Source: Centroscyllium fabricii
Taxonomy: Eukaryota
DNA: 64,000 nucleotides
Assembly: GCA_051313645.2 (NCBI GenBank)
Contig: JBNRSN020000014.1
Span: 65,348,001-65,412,000, forward strand
Reading direction: 5' to 3'
This document shows, piece after piece, positions 13,829 to 25,990 of this stretch. Position 1 is the stretch's first letter. Every line of letters begins with the position of its first letter. Below the pieces are notes generated by a model. That model searched no databases. It saw only the letters and a program-made list of their open reading frames with translations, and was not told where the DNA came from. The position numbers and the translations under genes are program-made.

Positions 13829-15063
13829 GTAATAAAATGTTCCACCCCGTGTTTGGCCGTGCGGGTGGTGAACGTGGGGTTGGTGAGGGTGGGGAACTCT
13901 GCGAGGAGCGTGCCATATGCGTCAGAGTTCCGGGAGCGACATTGTGCCGCCGCGTGGGCCAGGAGTGCGGGCCCTGTGGAGCATGGGATGGTCGACATGT
14001 TGTGGATGTCGACCAGGCGGCGCCGGGTCATGTCGACCAGGAGGTCGTGGGCGCAGAGGAAATCTGCCCCGAGGAGGGGTGAAGTGACCTGGGCCGTGAC
14101 AAAGTCCCAGTGATACATGTGGCCGGCGAGCTTGATAGTGAGCTTGCGGGTGCCGTACGTCTTTACATCAGAGCCGTTGGCCGCTGCGAGTGGCGGGCCC
14201 CGGGTGCCTTGTTTGGCTTCTGCTGGGGAGGCTGGCACGATGCTGTGCTGTGCGCCTGTGTCGCAGAGGAACCGGAGGCCTGTGCTGCTGTCTGTGACAA
14301 AGAGCAGTGCTCCTGTGTGTCCTACAGACATAGTGGGGGCTGGGCCGGGCCGTGGCTTAAATGTGCAGGGCTGTACGCAGCGGTGCGCTTTGTTTTCGAA
14401 CCGCGTGTGGTAGTAGCACCAGCCAGTGCTTGATGGATGCGGTTGCCTGGGTGGGCGCGGGGCCCTGCGTTCAGGTGTTGGGTTGGACCTGGGGGGCGAG
14501 TGGTTGTGCTCGATGGATGCGGCGTTAGGGTCGCACGTGGTGGAGCGGGTGCGCTCGGCCACCATGAGCCTGTCGGTTTCCTCGGCTAGCTCGTCCCCGC
14601 TCCGGTGGCAGAGGGCCGCCAGTGCCGGTGTGATGGAGCGGGGTAGTTTGAGGAGGAATATGGTGCGGAACAGGGAGGCGGGATCGGCGGTGAGCGCTTG
14701 CATTTGACCCCAAAGGTCCGATGGGTCTGCGTCCCCGAGTTCAGGGAGGTTAAGGAGCTGGCAGTCGCGCTCGAATTGGGAGGGGGTAAATTTTTTTAAA
14801 AGCGCGGCCTTGAGGAACTCATACCTGCCTGCTGTGGGCACACGCTGTAGCTTCGACCACATCCGATCGATCGTCGATTGCGGTAGGGCCGAAAAGACCA
14901 GGTCGTAGCGGTCATCCCCCTGGATGCCGTGTGTGCGGCAGCTGGTTTCTATGCACATAAACCAGGCCGCTGGGCGTTGCTCCCAGAACTCCGGTAGGGT
15001 ACGTCTGTGCCCGAAGTTCTGGCCAAGTCCTTGTGTTCGAGAAGCTTGGTTCCTTGAAGACAT
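13829..15063 (-). pseudogene. gag: gag and aspartic protease of the CsRn1-type Gypsy
   Basis: LPEFW..PAAWF, CYYHTRF...HRCVQPC knuckle, FLCDTGA protease motif; ORF runs into CR1 sequence after HGVEHFIT. Confidence 0.9.
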
Positions 15064-15639
15064 GTTTTTCTTTTAAAGTGTCCTGAGGCTGCTTGATCTT
15101 TAATCCTGTAGTTGCTTTTTCTCCTTGGAAGTCGTTCCAAGTCGGGGTCACTGTAGCGCTTACAGGACCCAAGAACCACGCGGGAGCCAGATAGATAGAA
15201 AAACACTAGTTTAATACATTACTGTAAGGAAGGACGAGACTGAAACATGAGGAGCAGGCTTATTTAAATGGCCCGCTTTAGTGACCTCATCATGCCGAGA
15301 GATGTGGTGACGTCATCACGTCACCCGATGGGCGGGGCTATGCCCCGCAGCTCCCGAGGCGGATTCGTTAGTCTTGGTGTGCCGCCACAATATTGTATAA
15401 AATTCCATATGTATCAAAATGGGGAATATGCAGCAGAAATACCACATGAAGCCAGTTACTGTCCATGATAACAAAGTAGAAAGGAAGAGGAAAACAACAG
15501 ACATCTTTATTTTCCTAATAAGGATATCTATTACAAAGTGGATAAAACAGTATATTCCAGAGAAGGTAGCTTTGTAAAAGTTGAACATTGTAAATTGGGT
15601 TCTGGATTCTATTAATTGCTTCTGCTCTACTCTGTAATG

Positions 15640-15892
15640 AGTCCAAAGATGTGCGGGTTAGGTTGATTGGCCATGATAAATTGATCTTTAGTGTTAGGGG
15701 GATTGAATATGTGGGGTTACAGGGATAGGGTGGGATATGTGTCGGTGCAGGCTCGATAGGGATCGAGGGATATGGGGACAAGGCAGGGACAGGGTACTGG
15801 GTTTGGATGATCAGCCATGATCTCATTGAATGGCGGAGCAGGCTCGAAGGGCCGAATGGCCTACTCCTGCTCCTATCTTCTATGTTTCTATG
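15640..15892 (+). mobile_element. SINE fragment with CR1-derived 3' tail (HE1/V-SINE-like)
   Basis: GTCCAAAGATGTGCGGGTTAGGTTGATTGGCCATG followed by the tail GATCAGCCATGATCTC...CCTACTCCTGCTCCTATCTTCTATG shared with the CR1 at 11284. Confidence 0.7.
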
Positions 15893-15944
15893 TAATTGGA
15901 ATGCAATACTTCATTACTGTGCCACCCTCTCAAACATCCTCATT

Positions 15945-18934
15945 GGGGTCAATGTTCCTCAAGGTATGGGGAATTGGTGGGTTTTCCGTGGGTCACGTTT
16001 TCTTCCCATTTTCTAAAGGGTCTGAGAGATCCATGCAATTTTGGCTAAATTGGCCAATTCATTTCCAGCATATGGGGACCCTTGCTAATTGACTATTTCC
16101 AGTCAGAAAGTCCCACAGCATGATGTCATCATTGCCAGTGGTTTTAAGGCAGCCAGAAAGCCTTCCTTACTCTGCAGGTTTCCAACAGCTTCCCAGAAGA
16201 TGGAACAGGAACCTGCAGCAGCTGTGGCCAGAGGGAGGGCCGGACCCTCTCGAAAATATGATGATGCTGCATTCCAGGCATTGGTAGATGGGACTAGGGC
16301 CCACATGGAGGTCCTGTTCCCTGCCCCAGGGAGGAAGAGACCTGCCAATCAAACCAAAGCTGCTTGGCTGGAGGTGGCTGAGGATGTGAATGCCCTGGCC
16401 CTCACACCTCGTACGTGGCTCCAGTGCCGGAAAAGATTCCAGGACCTACGTCGAACAGGAAAAGTAAGTATGAGGTATCCATCACCCTCAATCTGATCCC
16501 CATTGCCTTTCCTCACCAGCACTTAGCTTTAGCAATCTCTTCTTCCACATCCCACTTGACACTCACATCCATGCACCCTTACCCATTCACTTTCTCTCTA
16601 TGATCGCATTCACATAACTATTCCACTATGCAGCTCTCACACTCCCTATCACTCTGATGCTATGAAAACAACTGACAACACACAGGGAGGGTCCTTGGTC
16701 TTGCAACCTCACTCAATCTTTGTCTCCCTCTAAGTATCTATGCTATGCAATCTCTACACTCACTCCTTCATTCTCACTCAAACTCCACTTGTCTCCCTCA
16801 TTGCAGGAAAAGAGAGCTCACAATAAGTGAGAAAGAATGAGGACAGGAGGAGGGCCACCCTCAATAGCAGACCTCACCCCCTGGGAGGAAGGAGCAATGG
16901 AAATTACCGGGGATAATGCTGCTCCAGAATTTGGGCCAGGAGAGGCAGGAGCATCCTCTGAAGCTGGTGACAGAATAGTTTTCCATCTCTCTCATTGACA
17001 TCGCATGACTCGCAGATAATAATTCTGAAGCTACATCATATGGACTTATGATCATCTGCAAAATGCAATGTGCATGTAACCTTGGCATCACATCTCTAAC
17101 TCTTTCCATTACTTCCCCACAGGACCCGCGAGAGCCCCTGGCCCCACTCTGGAGGAGGAAGAGGCTGAGCAGCCAGACTCCTCAGAGGAAGCTCCAACCT
17201 CTGAGGGCACAGAATCAGCAGAATTAAGCACACCCAGCACCAGCGCAGACACTCACACCTTGGTGGGACCTTCGGGACATAGAGTAGTGTTGTCACCTGG
17301 TGTATCACAGCTCACAAGTGAGCATCAGCAGATTGTGGAGACAGGGACAGCAGTGGAACATCCTAGTCGGAGGGGGCATGACTCTGCCAGCTCATCTCAG
17401 CTGCATGTCGACCCTCAGCATCTGGATCCATCCGTTAGTTCAGGGGTAATGTGACTCCATGAACAGGTGCAGGAGTCTCTGTCAGGTTTTGTCTCCAGGG
17501 TCGCTGCGAGTGTGGAGCGAAAGCAGGAGTCTGTAGCAAACATGAGCAGAGCCTTTGTGGAGTCAGTGGTGCATGAATGCATCACCATGGAAAGGATGGC
17601 AACCTCCGTGGAAAGGATGGCTACAGTAGATGAGAGGATGGCTATGGCCATGCAGGTGCTAAGTTGCCAGGGAATGGAAAACATGGTGAGTGTTCAGAAT
17701 AGAATGGCATCTCTTGAGGAGAGATGGGTATCTATTGAACAGAGAAACCAGACCTTCATGTAAGTTCTTCTGAGTAGGACTGCCATTGCAGATATGGGTC
17801 CCTGTGGCCTCCCTGATGTGCAGCAAGGTGCTCTCCAGCCACTTGCAGGCACTGAGGGGGACCTGACCCATGAGAGGGAGGTTGCTGGCAGACCTCAAGG
17901 AAGTGGGGGCTCCTCTCCAAGCACTCACACTTCCATGCCACTGCAGAGCCCTCGGTCAGAGCCCCGCCGGAGTCCACACCCAGGTGAGATAGACGTCTCC
18001 ACTCCTGCACAGCTGCAGGAGCAGCAGACTGCTGATGAGCCATCACAGGCTCACCACCCCAGAGGATGCCCACCAAAGGCGTTGAGACAGGAGCAGCAGG
18101 AAAGTGAGCAAGGGGCCTCCACATCTGCTGAAGCCACAGGGGAACCACTACGTAGGAGCACGTGTAAGAGAAAGAAACTGCACAAATAGTCACAAGGGTA
18201 GTCACTTAGGTGATATTTGATGCTTAATGTGTGAAAGCCATCATATGAATCAGGTACATAAAAAATCTGATGGCAACTGCTGCAGTTGAGGCGTCTCTCA
18301 TTTCGCGAATGGGGCTTTCACTTTGAGGGCTTAGGATTACTTGCAGTTGTCAGGCTGCTGGTCAACTAGCTAGGAATCCGCAGGGTTCGGCCATTGTCGA
18401 TGCTCAGGGAAGAAGCAGCGAGGCTAAAGTGTTTGATGTACAAGGCTAAGCAAATCTGGCCAGGATAATAGTGTTCCTTGCATCCCGGCCAGCAATGTTC
18501 TCGCGTACAGGTCTGGTTAAGATTGGAACAAGTTACCCCAGGCCTGAAACAGCTAAGTCCTGCCACCTGCAAATGATGCCTGTTTAAAAATCTTCTTTTT
18601 TGATTGACCTGCTGCTGACAGTCAGCAAGCCAATAGTGTCCCCGCCAGGTTTTAACGCCATGGTTCCCACCAGGCATGTTTAACGTGGGAAAAGGCTCCA
18701 ATTAGAAAGGGGCCCTTAAAATAGCATTATAGATGCCAATCATTGCTCATTAAGGAGCCTAACGACCATCCCCACCGGTGGTGGGTGGGACTGAAGCGGG
18801 CCGATCGGACCCGCCGGGCTGAAATTAACAAGCTGGCGGGAAACCGGCGGGAGGGGTCGCGACCCCCCGTTTCCTCAATTTTGCCTCCTCGGCTGCCGAA
18901 AAAGCCGCCTGTCAGCTCAATGAAAATTGAGGCC
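15945..18934 (+). mobile_element. Non-autonomous Harbinger transposon carrying only the spliced Myb/SANT gene
   Basis: TIR GGGGTCAATGTTC / GGCCTCAATTTTC, TSD ATT; no nuclease ORF seen. Confidence 0.75.
16200..18189 (+). pseudogene. Harbinger Myb/SANT-like protein, 3 exons (16200-16463, 16807-16966, 17123-18189)
   Basis: AWLEVAEDVNA...RTWLQCRKRFQDL; GT-AG introns phase 0 and 1; EKRAHN...RTGGG in exon 2; basic C-terminus RRSTCKRKK; in-frame stops. Confidence 0.85.
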
Positions 18935-18974
18935 ATTATGTCCAAACTGAGAGATCCTGCTGACTTATAATGGG

Positions 18975-20280
18975 GAGACCGTGCCCATCTCTCCTTTCAT
19001 TCCCAGTTTGAAACCTTTCAGTCTGGATTTTGCCCTGCTCAAAGCACTCAAATGGCCACTAGCCAAGGTCATGAATGATATTCTCTCTGCCTCTGGTCAC
19101 GGTGATTATCCCTCCTTGATCTTCCTGGAGTACTCAATACAGTTGATGATAGTATTCTCCTCCAACAGATCTCCTCCATATTCCCAGTCCCTGGAATTGT
19201 CCTTGCATGGCTCCAGTCCTACCTATCTTATCCTACCAGAGCACCCCAGCTTCTATTTCTCCCTGCTCACCAGCATCTCCAAGGTGCTCCAGAGCTCTAT
19301 CGTGGTCCCTTGCTCTTTGTTATGACAGGCTGCTCCTTGGTGTCAGACTGGCGTGGCTCAGGTTGCACATATATGCTGATGCTATCCAGATTTACCTCTT
19401 GATCTCTCAACTGCTTCTGTGCTGTCAGACTGCTTGTCCAATATAAAGCTTTGCATGAGCCGCAACTTTCTGTAGCTCAATATTGGGAAGACCAAAGCCA
19501 TTACCTTCAACCATCTACCACAAATTCTGCTCCCTCAGCACTGACAACAAGTCTCCTCCTGGCCATGCTCTTTGTCTCAATCACATCATTCTCAGTCTTC
19601 ATGTCCTATTCAGCCCTCAATTGAGCTTTACAGCCCGCATCCTATCTATCACCGAGGATATTTACTTTCACCTCCTGCTCGTATTTCAGCTCCTGCATTG
19701 TTGATATTCTTAACTTGCCTGTACTAATATTTTCCTTGCTTGTTGCTCATCCTCCATCTTTCATAAACTCCAATTCATCCAAGCCTCTGCAGCACATATC
19801 CTATCCTGCACTAAGTCCATCTTTCTCATCACCCATTGGTGATTTACACTAGCTTCCTATCCACCAATGCATCAAATTTCAAGTCCATGTCCTTGTCTAT
19901 AAATCGCTTCATGATTTTGCCCCACTTTGAAATCTCCTCCAGCTATATTTCCCTACTCAAAAGCTTTTTCCATTGACTCTGGCCTCTTTTGACTCTCTGC
20001 ACCACCAATGGTGGCAGAGCATTCAGGCACCTCAGTCCTACTCTCTCTGGCATTCCCTCCCTAAACTCCTTCACCTCCCCCATCTCCTGCTATCTCTAGA
20101 ATCCTGCTTAAAGCCCATCTTTTTGACCAAGCTTTCAGTCAACCTTCCTATCTCCACCTTCCTGACTTGGTTTCCATTTTGTTATGCCTGTTTGTGAGGT
20201 GCTTTGGGAAATGTCTTTACAGTAAAGGTGCTATATGTAAAGACAAGTTGTTGTTGCTCTTGTTGTTGTTGCTGTGTTGT
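18975..20280 (+). mobile_element. Old L2-type LINE 3' portion
   Basis: Degenerate LAKVMNDIL, HIYADAIQIYL (YADD) and QLNIGKTK motifs; tail AAAGGTGCTATATGTAAA...(TTG)n. Confidence 0.7.
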
Positions 20281-20465
20281 GAACAATGGTCCTTGAGCAG
20301 TGATGGGCAAATTACTCTGCCTCTAGGGGAAATCCGACTGAAAAAATCAGGATTCAGACACAGGTGTCCTTCCTGGGAGTCTAACACTTGGCTGCTGTAG
20401 TTATTGGACCAAAATATATTCAATTTTACTGTATTAATGCTACCTTTTAGATTGCATTTTTATTA

Positions 20466-21077
20466 CAGGTTGAAGTTCGTTAATCCGGCACCCGAAAAAC
20501 CGGCAGCTTCAGTCATTCGGCACAGATTTTCCTGACTGCCCGGCGCATGTGGAGACAATTCAAAATGGCCACCGTCGGGGCTGAGCTTCCCTTTCACCTA
20601 ATATATACTCACTGGATCCCGGCTTAGTGACCACCCCGATGCCGATGGTGAATCCCAGGCCCAGAAGATGAGCTGTTGTGCCAGCCGCCTTTCGCAGGAT
20701 GCGATACAGGCAATTCTCGGTGCCCATCACTGCCGGAGGCTCCTGCCTGGCTGCGTGCTGATGTCACCGCGTTCCGAAGCTGGCGTGCGGTGGCATCACG
20801 TGAGCCGGGCTTGAGCCGCGCATTGGGCCTCAGGCCCGCTGGAGCCATGCAGCCCGCTCCCTGATCCGCAGCAGAATTGAGTGCGAGTTCCACCCGACCC
20901 TTGGGCCGAAAATCAACTTCCAGGTACCGGCGAGCATATGCGCAGAGCATTGAAAATTTCGCGGTGACCATTTTGAATGTTCTGCGCATGCGCCGCCGTG
21001 GCTTCAATAATTCGCCGTTTTCAACAATCCAGCAGGGTGCTGGTCCCGACCCTGCCGGATTAACGAACTTCAACCTG
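20466..21077. mobile_element. Tc1/mariner (Tigger/pogo-type) MITE
   Basis: Perfect 25-bp TIR CAGGTTGAAGTTCGTTAATCCGGCA, TA on both sides. Confidence 0.92.
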
Positions 21078-22139
21078 TATTGATATCATGAAATTTAGTT
21101 TTTACAGCATCAGCAATGTTTGAGGCATCATGGACAGATGCTTGATTGAGAGATTTTTTATTTCTTTAAATTCTACTTATTCATCATGGATTATCAAATT
21201 CTTGTTTTTGAGGACTTTAGATGTGTTAAGGTGACAAGCTGTGATTGCCACAGCTCAGTTCTGATTGGCTGAGTTAAATTCCTAAGAGAGTGGCATGACA
21301 CTGCCTTTGACGGGAAAGTGCTGTGTTTCTGCAAGGTTGGAAGTTTTGTTTGTTCGCACAAAAAAAAATATCTTCCATGAAAGGCCCTAGGAAATGATGC
21401 CTGGAAATGCACTCTATTATTATCTTCAATTGCTCCAATATAGCTGTTGGAACAAGTTTGATTAGATTGTAGAGTTGTCTGCGGTAACATTTCTAAATAA
21501 AGGGTCAGAAATCATCAGCTGATTTTGTTCTCATTTCCATACATTTAGTTTGCCTTGATTATTTCATAAATTGTAACCAGGCATGCCAAATGTACAAATA
21601 ACATTGAGCTAGATGTAACTGCCAGTGAGGTGCAATTTCTGATATGTGATTGTGGCTTGAGTTGTGAAATAGAGAAGCTTTTATTATAGAAGGTTTATTA
21701 GCCAGATTTGATTGCTTCAGATATTTTGGAGCAAGGACATTAGTAAAATTATTAATATTTAAATTTCAAACTTGCTGTTATTGAAACTACAATACCATTG
21801 TTCAAGATTTCTGAAAGCAATTACTTTGGAATACAACAGAATGGAATAGATTATCAGTGACCAGAATCTTAAAATTTGGTCTATCTACAACAGGGTTTGT
21901 TTATAGTAAATAGAAAGAAAGAACTTGCATTTATATAGACGTTTTATGACCTCAGGACGCCCCAAAGCTCTTACAGGAAACTCTTGATTTACCGGCACCT
22001 AAATAACCGGAAATTTCTATTAACCGGCAAAATTCAGGAGCAGGTTCAGGTAAGTTTTACTTCATATTAGTGGCCGTTCCTGGATCTGTGGCCATGTAAC
22101 CGGAGTTCCTATACTTGTTGCTATGCAACAGGGACACCT

Positions 22140-23382
22140 GGATCTGTGTCCGGGGTTCCTGCACTTGAGGCTCGACCAGGGGCTTTGCTGTGGTGCTCCT
22201 GGCGGGCGCTAGGTCCCTGATGGAAACTGGGTCCTCGCGCCCGTCCGGCGTACTGCGGGTTGGCGTGCAGCAGCTGCACCTTTTCCACCAGGGGGTCGGT
22301 CTTATGGCCGCGGACATGTTTTCTAAGTAAGACCGGCCCCGGCATCGTGAGCCACGGTGGGAGTGCTGTCCCCGAAGTCGACTTCCTGGGGAATGAAAAG
22401 AGCAATTCGTGAGGTGTGGCGTTGGTAGCTGTACACAGCAGAGAGCGGATGGAATGGAGCGCGTCTGGGAGGACTGCCTGCCAACGGGACACTGGAAGGC
22501 CTCTGGACTTCAGAGCCAGGCTGAACGCCTTCCAGATGATCCCGTTCTCCCTTTCTACTTGGCCATTGCCCCGGGGGTTGTAACTGGTCGTTCTGCTTGA
22601 GGCAACCCCTTTCTGAAGCAGAAACTGACACAGTTCGTCGCTCATGAACGACGACCCCCGGTCGCTATGGATGTAGCTGGGGAGACCGAAAATGGCGAAC
22701 AGCGTGGTGAAGTGTTTGATCACCGTTGCGCTCGTCATATCTGGGCAGGGGAAGGCAAAGGGGAAGCGGGAGAACTCGTCTACGACCGTGAGGAAGTACG
22801 AGTTGCGGTCGGTGGAGGGGAGGGGGCCTTTGAAGTCCACGCTTAGACGTTCAAAGGGGCGGGTGGCCTTGATGAGGTGTGCCGTGTCTGGCCTGTAAAA
22901 TTGGGGTTTGCACTCGGTGCAAACAGGGCACTCTTGGGTCATAGCCTTGATCTCCGTGATGGAGTAGGGGAGTGTGGTAACTGTTCTGTTCCACTGTATT
23001 CCACAGTTGTTCCTATGTATTGCCATGACTGATTGTGGGCTGTGCTGATGTTAGGCACAGCCCTGTTTTACTGTGATCTTGTTGGGAGCCAGATCAGCCA
23101 CACCCCGACTCCTCCCCTTGTGGGGCTCTATATAGGTGTGGTCTGACCGGGGCTCCACCCAGTTCTGTTATGATTGTTGCTTGGAGTGTAGCTCCATTAT
23201 TTAGTAATTAAAAGCCTTATTGTTCGGTACAAACTCGTAGCCTCTTTAATTGGGTTCACTACAGGGAGGCTACGAGATTTAACAAAATGGGCAAGTCTGG
23301 TGATACCCAGGTGGCAGAGGCGATCGTGGAGTTCCTTCAGCCGGTCTAGCTGGGCACTGGCGCACGTTCCCCTGGACAGTGC
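22140..23382 (-). pseudogene. Integrase fragment of the Mag-type Gypsy family, no own LTRs
   Basis: LHDRLCHLG...CPVCTEC, FERLSVDFKGP, IHSDRG, NGQVERENG; near identical to 33860-34800. Confidence 0.9.
22973..23263 (+). mobile_element. Solo LTR inserted in the integrase fragment
   Basis: TGTGGTAAC...CACTACA, TATATA, ATTAAA, 5-bp TSD GGGAG. Confidence 0.9.
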
Positions 23383-23384
23383 GT

Positions 23385-24003
23385 ACGAGTTGCGTCATCT
23401 TGACAAATCGTAGCCATCTCCGGGAAAAGGGCATCTGCGGGCGGAGAGTTGGGATTTGCCCGTGAAATTCTTATGCCTGGTAAAAGCTGGTGTAAGGCCT
23501 GCTTTTACCAGCGTAAGAGTTTTAAAAAACATAAAAATATATTTCTTTCATTTAAGCATTAAAACACACGTTCAATAAGGTAAGGTTATTTTTAACCCCT
23601 TTAAAACATTTAAATTTACCTTTCAAAAAATGAAATTTTTGTTTTAAATATTTAATTATAGTGTATTATAATTAATTTTAAATGTGATTTTTTAACATTT
23701 ATTTGTAATGTTAAATGTATTTTTTGTCATCCCCATTCATGCTTATGGAGGTTCCATACATACGGAATCCCTATAAGCATGAATAGGAATCCACTTTCTG
23801 ATTGGTTGGGCCGGCCCACGTGATCCCAGGGCGCTTACAAACCGCGTGGGCCCCTGGAATACGTGGGCCTCTACTTAAGGCCGATGTATAGAGGCCCAGG
23901 AGAGCGAGTCACCATGGATCCTGAGGCAGAAGGTAAGTTCGTAGAGTTTTTGCTGGTTGGAGGCATCAGGCTGCGGGAAGCCTCCGATCGCAAATTCAGC
24001 CCC
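23385..24003. mobile_element. Right part of a Harbinger-type MITE
   Basis: Ends GCGGGAAGCCTCC...AAATTCAGCCC, similar to the end of MITE 50146-50897; AT-rich core; left end missing. Confidence 0.65.
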
Positions 24004-25142
24004 ATTATTATCTTAACCACATTTGCCATAGTTATTGGAGTTGAGATGTCAGTTAATAAATGTGTACCATTTAAGATGTGAAATCAGGCCATCTGTTCAA
24101 AACAATCAACAGCGTACTTTTCAATATAGAGAAACAACAGGAGGTACTTCATTCCATGAGGTCGTTCTAAAATTTGGCCCATTAATTCAAAATAACCTAA
24201 AGATAACGCTGTTACCTTCAGTTGTATCCTGTTCAAAAAAAATCCCACCAGCAGTAAACAGTATTGTCAAATCAGTTTGCTATATCAGTGACAAAGAAGT
24301 TGCAGAATTTGTTGACACTTTAAATACAGTGAGCTAGAAATTCATTATAGCTAAGGATTGGGCGGTGTCAATAGAAAAACTGAAGAATTAGGCACAAATG
24401 CTTTAGACTGCACGCAAAATTCGCCCTCACTGCTCAATAAAATGATTGGGGGGAAAAATTCGATGGCGCACGTTTTTGGGCGGTAAAGTGGGCGCAGCGC
24501 TAAAATTAGCTGCGCCCGGTTCCACACTATTCAGTTTGTACGCCCTGGTAGCAGATTGCAGTGCTAAATCAGGCATTGCACGGCACTCTTAAGGCGTAAA
24601 GGCCGAGAACTCAGGCACTAGCGGCGAGCGCGGGCGCAGCACTTCATCTGTCACTCACCGGCTGACCAGACATGCTGGCGCCGGCCACCATTTAAAGGGG
24701 GATGGTCGTCCTCTGTTTCGAACCGCACCCTCCTCATTGATTCGTGGACTGCTGCACTGGACACACTTGAGCCCCAACGTTCAAAGCTATGAACAGGCGC
24801 CCTAGGGAGCGAGCGCAGAGGTTTAGCGACAGTGTCTTGCAGGCCCTGGTCGCTGGAATGGAGACTCGCAGAGCAGTTTTGTTTTCTGACAGTGGCAGGA
24901 GACCTCTGCCACGAGAGTGCAGGTGACTGTGGAGGGAGGTGGCTCGGCTGGTCAGCAGTCACAGCATGGTGCCCAGGAGCATGTTCCAATACAGGAAGAA
25001 GTTCAACGACCTGACTAGGGGCGTCAGGGTGAGTGGCTTTTTGTAAATCTCTCCATCCCTCCATCTCAACCTAACTGTATGGCCAGAGGGTTCTAAACCC
25101 CCAATGCAGAACACTCAGCCAGAACCTAATACCCCTCAGCTT

Positions 25143-25990
25143 CAGGGTCTTTGCACAGCCTTCTGTTTCAGGGTCTTTGCACAGCCTTCTGTTTCAGGGG
25201 GCATAATCTGAGAATAAGGGGCTGCCCTTTCAAAACTGAGATGAGAAGAAACTTCTTCACTCAGAGGGTGGTAGGTCTGTGGAATTTGCTGTCCCAGAGA
25301 GCTGTGGAAGCTACTACTTTGAATAGATTTAAAACCGAGATAGACGGTGTCTTAGAAGTAAAGGGAATTAGGGGTTACGGTGAGCGGGCAGGTAAGTGGA
25401 TGTGAGGCTAGGTTCAGATCGGCCAAGTGATCTCCTGGACAACTTTCGATCGCCTAGATGGGTCGGAGAGGAATTTCCCAGATTTTTTCTCCCAAATTGG
25501 CCACTGGGTTTTTGCCTGGTTTTTCGCCTCTCCCGGGAGATCACATGTGTTCGGGCGGGATGGAGAGTGAAAGTAGATTTGAGGTTGGAATCAGATCAGC
25601 CATGATCTTATTGAATGGTGGAGCAGGCTCGAGGGGCCGATTGGCCTACTCCTGCTCCTATTTCTTATGTTCTTATGTTTGCATAGCCTTCTGTTTCAGG
25701 TTGTTTGCATAGGCTTCTGTTCCAGGGTCTTTGCACAGCCTGTTGTTCCAGGGTGTTTGCACAGCCTTCTGTTTCAGGGTCTTTGCATAGGCTTCTGTTC
25801 CAGGGTCTTTGCATAGGCTTCTGTTCCAGGGTCTTTGCATAGGCTTCTGTTCCAGGGTATTTGCATGGGCTTTTGCTGAAACACAGTTTGCATGTCGGAA
25901 GGGCTATTCAGCCATGGCTCCAGGGTGTTTGCATGGGATTTTGCTGAGACACAATTTGCATGCAGGAAGGGCTATTCAGCCATGGCAGGC
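25143..25990 (+). repeat. 26-bp minisatellite in Myb intron 1, interrupted by CR1
   Basis: Unit CAGGGTCTTTGCACAGCCTTCTGTTT at 25143-25197 and 25679-~25990. Confidence 0.85.
25197..25678 (+). mobile_element. CR1 3' end
   Basis: GHNLRIRG...RRNFFTQRVV; 3' UTR ending (TTCTTATG)n; same subfamily as 55105-55490. Confidence 0.85.

Larger units (their letters stand above)
8384..15389 (-). mobile_element. Gypsy LTR retrotransposon, CsRn1-type, interrupted by nested insertions
   Basis: LTRs 8384-8608 and 15152-15389; 4-bp TSD ATAT; tRNA-Trp-like PBS GTGACCCCGAC (15141-15151, minus); PPT GGGGGGGAGCTG; gag-PR-RT-RH-IN order. Confidence 0.95.

Noticed and set aside
13501-15063. 520-aa ORF as a gag-protease/LINE RT fusion protein
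   Set aside because: Incidental read-through into the CR1 insertion, ending in the nested solo LTR.
8190-15588. Hydrophobic ORF joined across the Gypsy insertion (possible receptor gene)
   Set aside because: The joined frame is under 100 codons, AT-rich and has no recognisable motif; consistent with chance.
24216-24228. Possible 13-nt microexon on the minus strand (TTTTGAACAG|GATACAACTGAAG|GTAAC)
   Set aside because: Frame-shifting length and no partner exons in the window; cannot be supported without RNA-seq.
24035-24337. 100-aa ORF as a host exon
   Set aside because: No recognisable domain and no convincing splice acceptor.
25143-25990. CRISPR-like array
   Set aside because: Head-to-tail 26-bp minisatellite with no unique spacers, in eukaryotic TE context.
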